Positions 1 through 9,700 of a stretch of 64,000 nucleotides of DNA are shown here, piece after piece. The stretch's first letter is position 1; the number at the start of each line of letters is the position of its first letter. Both the position numbers and the translations under genes were made by a program. The stretch is taken from IMG/VR virus record IMGVR_UViG_3300005670_000019. The stretch is one strand, 5' to 3'. Source of the DNA: a virus. Its lineage: Duplodnaviria; Caudoviricetes. The notes under the pieces are model-generated. The model had not been told where the DNA came from, made no database searches, and saw nothing but the letters and a program-made list of their open reading frames with translations.

Positions 1-187
1 CAATCCTGTTTTTCAAATACCAACTCTTTGAAGGAGCTGAAAGGAATTCATCTGCTGTTTCGCTCGGGACACCAACGTAATCATACACGGCTCCATTTTT
101 GAAAAACACTGTGAGATTTTCCATAAAGCTATCATATTCGATAGCCTGGATGTTGTTACTTTCAACAAAGGTTTTTCTGAAACTCAT
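1..187 (-). CDS. KTSC domain protein (3' end runs off window; not in ORF track)
   Basis: Manual translation: MSFRKTFVESNNIQAIEYDSFMENLTVFFKNGAVYDYVGVPSETADEFLSAPSKSWYLKNRI, matching the KTSC pattern V.S.NI..I.YD....L.V.F.NG..Y.Y..VP......F..A.SK. Confidence 0.85.
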   Translation of the reverse strand, partial: MSFRKTFVESNNIQAIEYDSFMENLTVFFKNGAVYDYVGVPSETADEFLSAPSKSWYLKNRI

Positions 188-211
188 ACAGTTTATTCTG
201 TGCTGCAATTG

Positions 212-238
212 CAAAGGGCTCCATTGAGGAGCCCTTTG
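212..238. terminator. Hairpin, probable intrinsic terminator
   Basis: caaagggctcc-attga-ggagccctttg, perfect 11-bp stem just downstream of the 258..1226 stop. Confidence 0.6.
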
Positions 239-257
239 AAGTTTGTTCAAATATTGT

Positions 258-1226
258 TCAGTTGACTGACTGAACAATCCCGCTGTGACGATAGGACCAA
301 ATTTCAAACTTGGAACCATCTTCTCGTTCAAGCTCAAGCTTGATCTGTCCAAAACGACCAGCCATCTTCTTTGCTGAAAGCAAAGTGTGCATTCCCGCAA
401 ATGAAGCCTCATTCGAGGTAACATTCACTTGAATGTTGCTCTTTCCAATCAAAGAAAGGAAGGTTTCCTTGAGAGCTTCTGCATTCTGCGCGTCATGCGA
501 AAACTCTGTTGGCACCGAGCTTTCATCCGCATAGCCGAGCATCTTGATTTCGTTGTTTTCCGTCCACTTGACGTTCAAGATTTCATCACTGTTTGGAGTG
601 CCAAAGGACATTGTATGTCCGGAAGAGACGTCTTCAACCCGCGCGATCATTGAAGCTCCCTTTCCCTTTCCTCGCTTTACTTCCAGAAGTCGATACTTTC
701 CAGAAGTACGAGACGAGTTAGATCGGAAACTAACTTCAATCTCCTCTCCGATGTGTGTTTTGCCTAGGTCAGTGATTAGTGTCTTTAGTTCTTTCTTGTC
801 CATATTTTTCCTCTTGTCCTGCGTTGGATCAAGTTTGGGGTTTAGTTTTTGTTGTTTTTGTTTTGGTGGCTTGGTGTCTGCCCTCACTGTAATAAGTGTA
901 GCAGACTGTTGACCGAGATTCAATGCAATCTTTTCATCAAAATTTTTCTGCGCCTCAAGGAATTCCTTTGAATTGATTGAAACGTCACAAAACTCTTTCA
1001 AAGGAATCCAACATGAAGTTTTTAGAACCCGAGCATAACCACCGTCGGCTGATACAGCAACCGAACCAAACTCCACTCTTTGACCTTCTTGAAAAGAATG
1101 TTGCTTCTTGACAAGACTTTTGAAGTCGAAAGACGACAAAAAGCGTCCGGTCCCAACCACGACTTCTTCGCGTGGACCGGACGGACGCTTTACCCAACGA
1201 GCCTTATAGTTTTTTGCCATGCTCAA
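258..1226 (-). CDS. Hypothetical protein; possible internal start at 803 (MDKKELK) giving a two-repeat beta-barrel-like protein
   Basis: 322-aa ORF; A/C-rich linker with GAGG SD-like sequence before the ATG at 803. Confidence 0.7.
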   Translation of the reverse strand: MSMAKNYKARWVKRPSGPREEVVVGTGRFLSSFDFKSLVKKQHSFQEGQRVEFGSVAVSADGGYARVLKTSCWIPLKEFCDVSINSKEFLEAQKNFDEKIALNLGQQSATLITVRADTKPPKQKQQKLNPKLDPTQDKRKNMDKKELKTLITDLGKTHIGEEIEVSFRSNSSRTSGKYRLLEVKRGKGKGASMIARVEDVSSGHTMSFGTPNSDEILNVKWTENNEIKMLGYADESSVPTEFSHDAQNAEALKETFLSLIGKSNIQVNVTSNEASFAGMHTLLSAKKMAGRFGQIKLELEREDGSKFEIWSYRHSGIVQSVN

Positions 1227-1807
1227 CTTTCGACTTCTTCAACCTCTTCAACTACCACAGGCTTTTCAGGCATGTACTTTACTGGCATGATGTTTGGATA
1301 CAACGCGGGTACGAGATTGTCGCGCTGCTCAAAAGTCGTAATCTTTGTGAACTTTCCATTCTCTTCCTGCGCAGAGATAAAGGAAGGAAAGAACATGTAC
1401 TTGTCAAAGTACGTTGAATAGGCGGAGATTCCGAAGACTCCTGCAAATCGCTTCTTTTGAGACTTCATCTTCACCAAGGTGTTTGAAATCACCTTTTGAA
1501 GCTCAGGAGAAAGTTTCAAAATCTGATATCGCATGAACATGAAACTCCCATGCGGAGGAGTCATTGTTGCGAAATGGGTTGACGCATATGTTTGCGGTCG
1601 TGCCACAAAAATATTCGTGTCGTTGTTCTTTGTCCAAGAGAACATCGAAAGCCGCTTGGCGGCGCTCAGGTCCAGCGGCATGTACTCATAAATCGGATGA
1701 GCAATGAATACCTTGTCCGCAAGGTAGAAAATCTCACCGGGAAGAAAAGTGTCTTCCGGGGACAACTCCTTTTCTAGCACCGCAATCTTTGCCGTCTTCT
1801 TATTCAT
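1223..1807 (-). CDS. Hypothetical protein
   Basis: 194-aa ORF with ATGA overlaps on both sides. Confidence 0.75.
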   Translation of the reverse strand: MNKKTAKIAVLEKELSPEDTFLPGEIFYLADKVFIAHPIYEYMPLDLSAAKRLSMFSWTKNNDTNIFVARPQTYASTHFATMTPPHGSFMFMRYQILKLSPELQKVISNTLVKMKSQKKRFAGVFGISAYSTYFDKYMFFPSFISAQEENGKFTKITTFEQRDNLVPALYPNIMPVKYMPEKPVVVEEVEEVES

Positions 1808-2400
1808 TTCTTATACCTATCTTCTGCGTACATGAACAAAAACTGTTCGATTAGAAACTCTCCGAAAGTACAATCTTCCTGTCCCGACTCAACAAGAGTC
1901 TGAAACTTTGCTCTCATTTCCCTGAAAAAGAGTGGATTGCCTGATCCTGCGTAGGTGTTCATTAGTTGGTGAAAGAAAGCTTGACCCTTCGCTTTCCGTC
2001 GTCGATACTCCAAAACCGTTTCACGGTCCCAAGGCAAAAGATCGGGGTCACCATCCTTTTGTGTGTGGCACGCGTGGCAAAGAGGCTGAGTGTTCAAGGA
2101 GATATTCATCCCACCCTTTGACATTGGGTGGATATGATCCAACGTTAGCCTAATTACTCGTCCGTTCTTCACAGAACCATGACGAGCCCCACACGCGACG
2201 CAAGACCAGTTGCTTGAAGAAAGCAGACAAAACCAATCATAAGTTCGAAGGCGTCCATATACTCCGTGCCTCCGGGCACGCTTGTTGTTCGAGTTGATCG
2301 TGTTCTGAACGTTGCGATAACAACACAAGCATACGCCAGGGAAAGGTGATCGCTTTCCACGGACAAGTTGCGTCGTCTCGCATCGCTCACAAGTGGGCAT
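1804..2400 (-). CDS. HNH endonuclease with Zn-binding CxxC pairs
   Basis: CVACG...LTLDHIHPMSKGGMNISLNTQPLCHACH; extra N-terminal CERC/CLCC. Confidence 0.85.
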   Translation of the reverse strand: MPTCERCETTQLVRGKRSPFPGVCLCCYRNVQNTINSNNKRARRHGVYGRLRTYDWFCLLSSSNWSCVACGARHGSVKNGRVIRLTLDHIHPMSKGGMNISLNTQPLCHACHTQKDGDPDLLPWDRETVLEYRRRKAKGQAFFHQLMNTYAGSGNPLFFREMRAKFQTLVESGQEDCTFGEFLIEQFLFMYAEDRYKK

Positions 2401-2406
2401 ATCTTG

Positions 2407-2435
2407 ATATTAGCAGGTTGGATGCCGAATTTCAA
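2407..2435 (-). promoter_or_regulatory. Sigma70-type promoter, leaderless HNH transcript
   Basis: TTGAAA-17 bp (ending tgc)-TAATAT, then 6 nt, then ATG at 2400. Confidence 0.7.
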
Positions 2436-2459
2436 GTAATGCTAAGTGCCCGGAATTGC

Positions 2460-3359
2460 TCACTTTTTTCGCCCCGGATTTCCCGAGGTTTCTTCGACCT
2501 TTTTCTTCCGATAACGCTTAACAATTCCTTCATCAATTCGGCTCTTTGTATCCTCGCGCTCGACACCAAAAAAGGCTCTATTTTTGGTGAGTTCTTGAAT
2601 CGTTGCCAAGCTGGAATTCATAAGGTTTGAAAGTTCAGTGATGTCTTTTTTGTTGGCTTCGCCTGCACTTAGGACTTCAATGCACTTAGGAATTAATGTC
2701 TGAATTTGCTCTAGACTATCACGCAAAATCTCCTGTTCCGTTCCAAACTTTACAAGAGACTTTAGTCTGTTTGCTGTTTCGACACCTTTGCGCTCATTTC
2801 TAGATTTTTCATCCAAAAGACGCATTTCTCGAAAAAGAGATTGAAGTTGTTTTATGAAAATTTGATATTCGTTTGTTGGCATGAAGATATACTCTGTTCC
2901 TAATTTTGTTTGGGTTTCAACAAAACCCTCAAAGCAGATATAGTTGTAGTGAAAAGCATCACGCTTCGTCGTGATGTAAAAATGTCCAATTGCACCGTCT
3001 GGATAAACGTACTGTACTATTTTTTTGTCGTTTTTCTTGATGAACCTTTGCGCGACAGTGGGACGAATCATTCCCCTGCCATTTTGTTCTGCGAACTTAG
3101 CGTGTTCGAGGCTTTCAACCGAAAATTTCTTTGCTGTGCTATGCAAGGCATTGTAACTTTTTGGCGTCCACCACCCAGCAGCCAAAAGACAAAGAAAGTC
3201 ACCAAACCCTTCGGATTGAATTCTTGAAAAGTTTTTAGTCCACCACTTACAATTTTCAAGAGCGCCAGCTTGAGCTAGTGTTGGAAAACCATAAACAAAA
3301 TCAGGGTCTTCCTTGAACTTCTCTGCCATCAGTTTTTTGATTTTGTGAAAATCCATCAT
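2460..3359 (-). CDS. Hypothetical protein, coiled-coil C-terminus
   Basis: 299-aa ORF. Confidence 0.75.
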   Translation of the reverse strand: MMDFHKIKKLMAEKFKEDPDFVYGFPTLAQAGALENCKWWTKNFSRIQSEGFGDFLCLLAAGWWTPKSYNALHSTAKKFSVESLEHAKFAEQNGRGMIRPTVAQRFIKKNDKKIVQYVYPDGAIGHFYITTKRDAFHYNYICFEGFVETQTKLGTEYIFMPTNEYQIFIKQLQSLFREMRLLDEKSRNERKGVETANRLKSLVKFGTEQEILRDSLEQIQTLIPKCIEVLSAGEANKKDITELSNLMNSSLATIQELTKNRAFFGVEREDTKSRIDEGIVKRYRKKKVEETSGNPGRKK

Positions 3360-3673
3360 TCGTCCTCAAGTTTTCGCTGTGTCATGTAACCAGCAAATAG
3401 CCTTTTCATGACGTAAATGATCTCATCATCTTCTGCATAGGTCAGAAATAGCCCAAGTGCCTTCATGAAGTTTCTCTTTTTTTCTGTCATGAACGTGAGA
3501 ACATTTTCATGTGGAGGAACGTCTCTTTCTAGTTCACCAAAACCGTCAAGAAGAAGTTTCCAACCTTCATTCATCTTCTTGAGACGCTTGAGCTCTTTTT
3601 GCTGTTCAAGAACTACTCTCTTGGCTTTCATGAGTTCTTGTTCAGCAAGCCTAATATTTTCGTCAATGTTCAT
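3356..3673 (-). CDS. Hypothetical coiled-coil protein (start revised to MNIDEN at 3673)
   Basis: ORF; promoter -10 lies 6 nt upstream of this ATG. Confidence 0.7.
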   Translation of the reverse strand: MNIDENIRLAEQELMKAKRVVLEQQKELKRLKKMNEGWKLLLDGFGELERDVPPHENVLTFMTEKKRNFMKALGLFLTYAEDDEIIYVMKRLFAGYMTQRKLEDE

Positions 3674-3679
3674 ACCATG

Positions 3680-3708
3680 ATTGTGCAACAATTCCGAATA
3701 TCATTCAA
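3680..3708 (-). promoter_or_regulatory. Sigma70-type promoter, leaderless
   Basis: TTGAAT-17 bp-CACAAT-6 nt-ATG. Confidence 0.6.
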
Positions 3709-3782
3709 TTCATGGATAATCATGAGCCATGAATAGTTCCTGTCCCAAGTCTGCATCACCCGCGTTCGACAGTCAAACGAAG

Positions 3783-3806
3783 AAAGGCGACCCGAAGGTC
3801 GCCTTT
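3783..3806 (-). terminator. Intrinsic terminator after radA-like gene
   Basis: Minus strand aaaggcgacc-TTCG-ggtcgccttt followed by a T-rich tail; cUUCGg tetraloop. Confidence 0.8.
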
Positions 3807-3845
3807 TCACTCAAACTCTATCTTTTCGTCCCTTTGCTTTGAAGG

Positions 3846-4682
3846 TCAGGGCTTGTTCTCCAAGAATCGGACACCTCGGTCACTGATCTCGAAGGGGAAA
3901 CAGACACCAGCAACACCGAAGCGGTTCTTCTCGACCGAGAGAAGACGTTCACCGTACGTATCGGAACGACGGTCCTTGTCAAACTCCAAGTGAAGGTGAA
4001 CGTCGATCACGTGCTTCAACTTTCCCTTGCCAGCGTAGTCGCCGGACTTGTTGACGTGACCGATCATGAAAGCCACATTGAAGGACTGCTTCGCCCAACC
4101 CGAAAGGATTTCCGACGAACGCACGACAGCGTTGTCTTCCGACAACTGACGACCGCGAGTCTTCTTCCAGATGGGGAAACCGTCCTTGCCGAGTCCCTTC
4201 TTCTCCAAGAGAGGTTCGCCGGTCTTCTCGTCCGTGGCGTAGTTTGGAACGTCCAGAGTCGGAAGCGAGTCCTGAATCAGGAAAACGGTCTTGCCCGGAT
4301 TTTCCTTCTCGACCTTGCGCAGGAGGTGAACCAAGCGAAAAACGTCCGTCTCGCAAGCCGGAATGAAACCGTGCTTCAAGCGGAGACGCTTCGTGGTCTT
4401 GCGCATCTGCAAGACACTCTCCTCGTTTCCATTGTAGAGCGCAACGTTGCCCGAACCAGTGATCGCATCAGCAAGCTGAAACATCAGCGTGCTCTTTCCA
4501 CCACCGGGAACACCAGTCACCATCGTGACGGTCGAAGGCGTGATGCCGTCTCCAGCCATCAGAAGGTCAACGTTCTTCAATCCCGTGGGGATGTTGACCT
4601 CCATCGCAGCAGGAACGTCAATGTCCAGAATGTTCGTCTTCGTGGTCAGCTCGATGCCCGAATTCAAACCATTGATCTTCAT
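3846..4682 (-). CDS. radA: RadA/Sms-like recombination ATPase (ATPase core only)
   Basis: Walker A GVPGGGKST, EES, Walker B IQDSL, IGHVNK.G..AG, HVIDVHL, and the RadA signature KNRFG. Confidence 0.85.
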   Translation of the reverse strand: MKINGLNSGIELTTKTNILDIDVPAAMEVNIPTGLKNVDLLMAGDGITPSTVTMVTGVPGGGKSTLMFQLADAITGSGNVALYNGNEESVLQMRKTTKRLRLKHGFIPACETDVFRLVHLLRKVEKENPGKTVFLIQDSLPTLDVPNYATDEKTGEPLLEKKGLGKDGFPIWKKTRGRQLSEDNAVVRSSEILSGWAKQSFNVAFMIGHVNKSGDYAGKGKLKHVIDVHLHLEFDKDRRSDTYGERLLSVEKNRFGVAGVCFPFEISDRGVRFLENKP

Positions 4683-4744
4683 GTATTGTTCTCCCTGAAC
4701 CTGTGTCGTTTTGGGCGGCTCTGTGCCTGTCCCTCGATGCTTCT

Positions 4745-4773
4745 AAGATAACAGGTTACCACCAGACTTTCAA
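4745..4773 (-). promoter_or_regulatory. Sigma70-type promoter for radA
   Basis: TTGAAA-17 bp (ending tgt)-TATCTT. Confidence 0.7.
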
Positions 4774-4792
4774 GGAATGCCCTGAAAATCTT

Positions 4793-4805
4793 CAAGTGCT
4801 TGATT
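4793..4805 (-). promoter_or_regulatory. IHF-like binding site
   Basis: AATCAAGCACTTG matches WATCAANNNNTTR. Confidence 0.45.
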
Positions 4806-4846
4806 TTGTTGGGGTTTTGGGTTGTGATATCGCGAGAAAATTGGCA

Positions 4847-4863
4847 TGCAATTATTGTGCCAA
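4847..4863 (-). promoter_or_regulatory. Sigma54 (-24/-12) consensus
   Basis: TTGGCAC-AATAA-TTGCA equals TGGCAC-N5-TTGCW, oriented toward radA. Confidence 0.5.
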
Positions 4864-4915
4864 TTTCATGTCCCTCATTTGGAGGTGTGTCCAAAAGTAC
4901 ACACTGAACGTTTGT

Positions 4916-5596
4916 TCAGGCGTTTCTTTCAAGCTCCTCCCATTCTTTCTGTAGGTTGTCTTCAGCTTCAGTTGTGTCATTTTTGACACGATCTTTCTTT
5001 ACAAAGTCCAACAAAGATTTACCGTTTCTAAGTTTCAGAAGAGCAACGGGAATTTTCTGTGCTGTTACGACAAAGTCCATGTTGTTTACAATGCTGTAAA
5101 GCGTCATATTGTCAATGAACAATATGTCATCAACTCTAATTGATTCCTTTCCAAGTTTGATTCGGCGCTGCCTTGAATGAATTTTGATCATATCAACGTC
5201 TTCTGAAAACTCGATTGGAAAGATATGATCAACTTCAACACTGCAAAGCTGCACAGAGTTGTCAGGAAGAATAACGAATCCAATCTTTTCATTGCCAGAA
5301 TAATTTACTTGACTTCTCAACATAGAAGACCAAGTGTCAATCAGGAATTGATCATGAAAAGTTGATGGTGGTTCATTGAACCAAATAACAGAATTGAAGT
5401 TGTGGTTTGAAACTGATGGAACTTTTGAGTTGACCCACAATGGACTTTTTGAATGGATCTTTCCATCGATTATTCTAACAATAGAACCATCTGGTATCTC
5501 GAACCCTGTTCTAAGATACCATTTCCATTGTTTATCTTCATGTGTAAGCCAATAGTGCATCTGGTTCACTATATCAGAACTTGAACGGAATTTCAA
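4916..5596 (-). CDS. Hypothetical protein
   Basis: 226-aa ORF. Confidence 0.7.
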   Translation of the reverse strand: MKFRSSSDIVNQMHYWLTHEDKQWKWYLRTGFEIPDGSIVRIIDGKIHSKSPLWVNSKVPSVSNHNFNSVIWFNEPPSTFHDQFLIDTWSSMLRSQVNYSGNEKIGFVILPDNSVQLCSVEVDHIFPIEFSEDVDMIKIHSRQRRIKLGKESIRVDDILFIDNMTLYSIVNNMDFVVTAQKIPVALLKLRNGKSLLDFVKKDRVKNDTTEAEDNLQKEWEELERNA

Positions 5597-5602
5597 GAAA
5601 TG

Positions 5603-6598
5603 TCACTTCCAAGGAAGTGCATCATTTCTATCTTGCCAGCTATGAAAGAAGGATTTCAAAGAGTTCGCTCTTTGAAGAACTTTCTTTAGAGTTTTCTTTG
5701 AATACTTATATTCCTTCATCTCTTCAAAGAGAAGTTCCATCTCTTCACCAAACTTACGGAATTCATCCTTCGCTTTGAAAGTCAACTCTTGAGACTGTAA
5801 GTCCATTTGAATAATGATGGAAGAGCCTTCGGCAGGCAGGTTTTCAACACTAAAATCCAATTCTTTTATCTTCTTTGAAAGAAAGTTTTTCACAACTGAT
5901 CGTGGCCAATCATATGAAGCATATGACATTTTATTTTTTAGACTGTTTTGAACATCCAAATTGAATACCATTTGTTTGCCAGCAAACCTGTAATAGGTAT
6001 CATTCGGTTTGTAGTTCAGGATGACGTATAGCTTATTTTCTGCGATAATGCATCTCGATTCGGGTCCAGGGACTAAACTGAATTTTTTCAGAAGGTCCTC
6101 TGTTGGAGGAGTGTTTTGCCAATCAAAACACTTTTCAATTTTCTTTGCACCTGCATCCATTGTTGTGTTTGCAACTTCTGGTATTTTGAATGAAAGTCTT
6201 TCATGAGAACAACCTACAGCAGAGTTCAGTTTTCTTCCAAAGTTTTTGAAGATTTCGAAATCAGGTTCTTCAATATGATATTTTCTAGATTTGAAATCAC
6301 TTAGCTTGGTTGTTTGATTTGTTGTAAGACTACACGTGGCAGTTATTGCCCACTTTGATTTGAAGTTCAAAAGAAGGTACTGTGGAATTTTCTCCACTTC
6401 CTTATCCAGATTTACATTTGGAATAGTGTCTGGATCTAATTGTAGACGCCACCAAAGTTTTTTATTATTTGGAACCTTTGGACCCGCGCCACTAGAGTCA
6501 TAGTGAAATCGGAAGTATTTTGGTGCTGTCCATGTTTCCCCATTTCTCTCCATGGTTTTCCCAAACTTCAAAGTTTTTTTATTCAATCTTCTTTGCAT
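5603..6598 (-). CDS. Hypothetical protein
   Basis: 331-aa ORF, SD-like AGGA upstream. Confidence 0.75.
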   Translation of the reverse strand: MQRRLNKKTLKFGKTMERNGETWTAPKYFRFHYDSSGAGPKVPNNKKLWWRLQLDPDTIPNVNLDKEVEKIPQYLLLNFKSKWAITATCSLTTNQTTKLSDFKSRKYHIEEPDFEIFKNFGRKLNSAVGCSHERLSFKIPEVANTTMDAGAKKIEKCFDWQNTPPTEDLLKKFSLVPGPESRCIIAENKLYVILNYKPNDTYYRFAGKQMVFNLDVQNSLKNKMSYASYDWPRSVVKNFLSKKIKELDFSVENLPAEGSSIIIQMDLQSQELTFKAKDEFRKFGEEMELLFEEMKEYKYSKKTLKKVLQRANSLKSFFHSWQDRNDALPWK

Positions 6599-6623
6599 AC
6601 TATTCCTGTCGGTTTATTCTCTT

Positions 6624-6652
6624 ATTTTGACACATGCAGGATTTTCTTTCAA
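6624..6652 (-). promoter_or_regulatory. Sigma70-type promoter
   Basis: TTGAAA-17 bp (ending tgt)-CAAAAT. Confidence 0.5.
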
Positions 6653-6687
6653 TATAACAAAGAAAGAAATCAAAAACATAGAAAGCG

Positions 6688-6694
6688 ATACTTA
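6688..6694 (+). promoter_or_regulatory. Late-type promoter motif ATACTTA
   Basis: 8 nt before the ATG of the baseplate operon; motif recurs before other structural genes. Confidence 0.55.
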
Positions 6695-6702
6695 TATTTG
6701 CT

Positions 6703-9700
6703 ATGGCAAATGATAACAACTTTTCTGGAACGAACAAAATTGGTGGAGCAATTAGAACTTCAACATTTGCTATGGCTTTGGATGTTGAAGAAACTGATAA
6801 CTTAGCTGAATTTGAAAGAACTGATTTACAAGATGGTGTGAAAGAAGAACTTGTTAGTCATGCATCTGCTTTGCAAAGTGGCGCAACAGATAATCGTTTC
6901 AAAACAAAGTTTCAAGTTGTAGAAGGCGTTTCGGAAGGTTCCTCATATTCACCCGAAGGTGAAACAGTTCCATTCAATCCAGATGGTTCAGTGACAGGCT
7001 ATGAAACCAAAAGAATGAGTGAAAGTTCTCCTGATGCTGTCAGCTCTTTTGAAAATCTCTCGCGTCCAAAAACGATTGAGATAACTGTAAAGAAGGGCAA
7101 AAGCTCGACTCCAGGGGAGAGTTGGGACAATCTTCTTGCAGATGCGGAACAAGAAAGAGGCAAGTCAAAACTTGGATCTGCCATCGTTCAAAGAATTGCA
7201 GGAAATTCAAACTTCAATCCAAATGATCCGCTCATCAATCCCGATTCCAAACTAAGAGAAAATGAAAGTAACGTTGGTTCTTTCTTTATTCATAGGTCAC
7301 TTGGTGTTCACCTTCCACAGAACTGGCCAGTTCCTCAAGGAGAGGATCCCGGAAAAGTAAACATTGAGACACTCAAATCAATCGGATTGTTGATGATGAT
7401 GAACTCAACGGGTGACTTTTACGTTCCAGATGATCCAAATGATATTCTTCAAGGCATTGCGGCGAAGGCACAATCTTTGGTTCCCGGACAAGCAAGAATT
7501 GGAATGAGAGTTCCAACAAGTAGATTTGGAGGGACGGAAATCCTTGAGCAGATAAGTGATGACTTCAAAAGACCAACAGGCGGAAACATAGACATTGGCA
7601 ATGGCAGAATGTTGTCATATGGTTCCTTCAACAACCCACTCGTTCCTTTCGAAGGTCTTTCACCAACATCAGCACGCGCAGCAGCGACTCTTCTATCTTT
7701 GACAGTTACCGGACTTTTGAAAGCTTATGCTGCTGTCTTCAAAAGAGTTTTCCGACTTCCAATCGTTGCTCTTGGTCAATCTGTTGGACAGGATCGTTCA
7801 AATGGTGGATTGCCAATAAAAGGTGAATGGACCTCATTCTCTCAACACAGAACAACGGATTATGGATCAGGAGAAATCGTTCCATTCATTTTGAAAACAG
7901 AGTTTGATTTTGAAAATGCTCTCAATAGAGGTTTTCAAATCATGTTCAACACGGGAGACAATCCTGCTCAAACTCTCATCAATGCACTTTCAACTGTTGC
8001 AGGAACAGGAGTAATTGCAAGATCAACCGGATACTTTCTTACACTTCTCCGTGAAATTATTAGAAGCACGAATGATATTATCGCATTGGGTCTTCCAGCG
8101 TTTGCTGGAAACGTTAGTGAACTTTTCTCCCGATCGGGTGTTTCAATAGAAAATGTGATTGATCGATTGGCGGGTGACAAACAATCTCCGGATCTTGGAT
8201 TGGCAAACGACATTGCCACATCATTGGTTTCTCTACTTGAAGAAGCTAACAGTACCATTTTTGAAAGTAAGCTAACGAAGATCATCAACATCATTGCAGC
8301 GATCGGAGATATCTCACTTTCAGCGGAACAAGTTGGAGGGAATTCAGTTATTGACGCGATCGATGACCAAGACCCCGCACAACCAGGCTTTCCAAACCTT
8401 GCACAACTTGTTTCAAAAAATAGACTTTCAGACAACGTTTCATTTCGTTCTGGAAGAACTGCTTGGGCAGCTAACAATACACCATCTAAGTTTCTCATTC
8501 CAAATACAATCGTGAACGGTGCAGACCTTTTTGCGAATGGAAGAGAGAACGGTGTTCTTGGTGCCCTAAACTCACTTGGAACAAGTGCTATTTTGACAGA
8601 CAACGGACGTCTTGAAGCGGAAGACATTCAACAGTTTGAAAACGATTTGGATGCTTCATATGTTCCATTCTATTTTCATGACTTACGAACAAATGAAATA
8701 ATCTCATTCCACGCCTTCATTGAAGACATCAGTGATAGTTTCAGGGCAGATATTGTTGAAAATGAAGCTTATGGAAGAATGGGAAAGATCCTTACTCATA
8801 AGAACTTCAATAGAAATCTTTCCCTGTCATTCAAAGTTGTTGCTACCTCAAAAAATGATTTTGATCTTATGTGGTTCAAAATCAACAAACTATTGAGCAT
8901 GATGCAACCTCAATACACAAGAGGACGTTTGTTAGAAAGTGGCAATGAAAAATTCATTCAACCGTTTTCTCAAATCCCTGGAGCTTCGCCGCTTATTCGT
9001 TTGAGAGTCGGAGATTTGATCACAACAAACTTTAGTGATTTTGATTTAGCAAGACAGTTTGGTGTAACTAGTGCAGATTTCAATCCCGGTTCACCACCTA
9101 CTGATCTTCCTGACAATGAAAGATATAACCAAGAATATCAAAGAATTGAAGGAAGAATGAGAAGAGGTGAATGGAATGTTGGAGATAGGGGAATTGTTAC
9201 GCGAGGAACCGTTGTCTCTGATGAAACTTCTTCTTACTCTTTTCCATCATTTGCAGACGCAGAAGTATTGGAGTTGTTGGAAAATCAATTAAAGATTGGT
9301 ATCACTTTACCAGATGGTGCTGTGGCAACCTTTTACATTTCTCCATTTAGTCTTTCAATGAGTCCAGAGTTCATTGCTTCTCAAGCAACTCAAAATGTTT
9401 CACCTTCTGTGGACGGCGAAAGAAATAACCAAAGACAAGAAGCAATGAGCAGGTTCTTTGGAAATGAAAACCCGATTGTTCGATCATTTGCTTCTGTTCG
9501 AGGTCAAGGTCTTCCGGGCATGATTTCAGATTTGAATTTGGATACAAGAAACAGCACATGGGAAATCGATTATGGTTCCAGGGCACCGAAGGTCGTTGGA
9601 ATATCTATAACCTTTGTGCCGGTCTTCGAAATTAATCCGGGTCTAGATGCAGATGGATTTATGCAGGGCGCTGTGTACAATATAGGAAATGTTATGAACG

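Noticed and set aside
3990-4751. 253-aa plus-strand ORF antisense to radA
   Set aside because: Shadow ORF caused by the codon bias of radA; no motifs or SD
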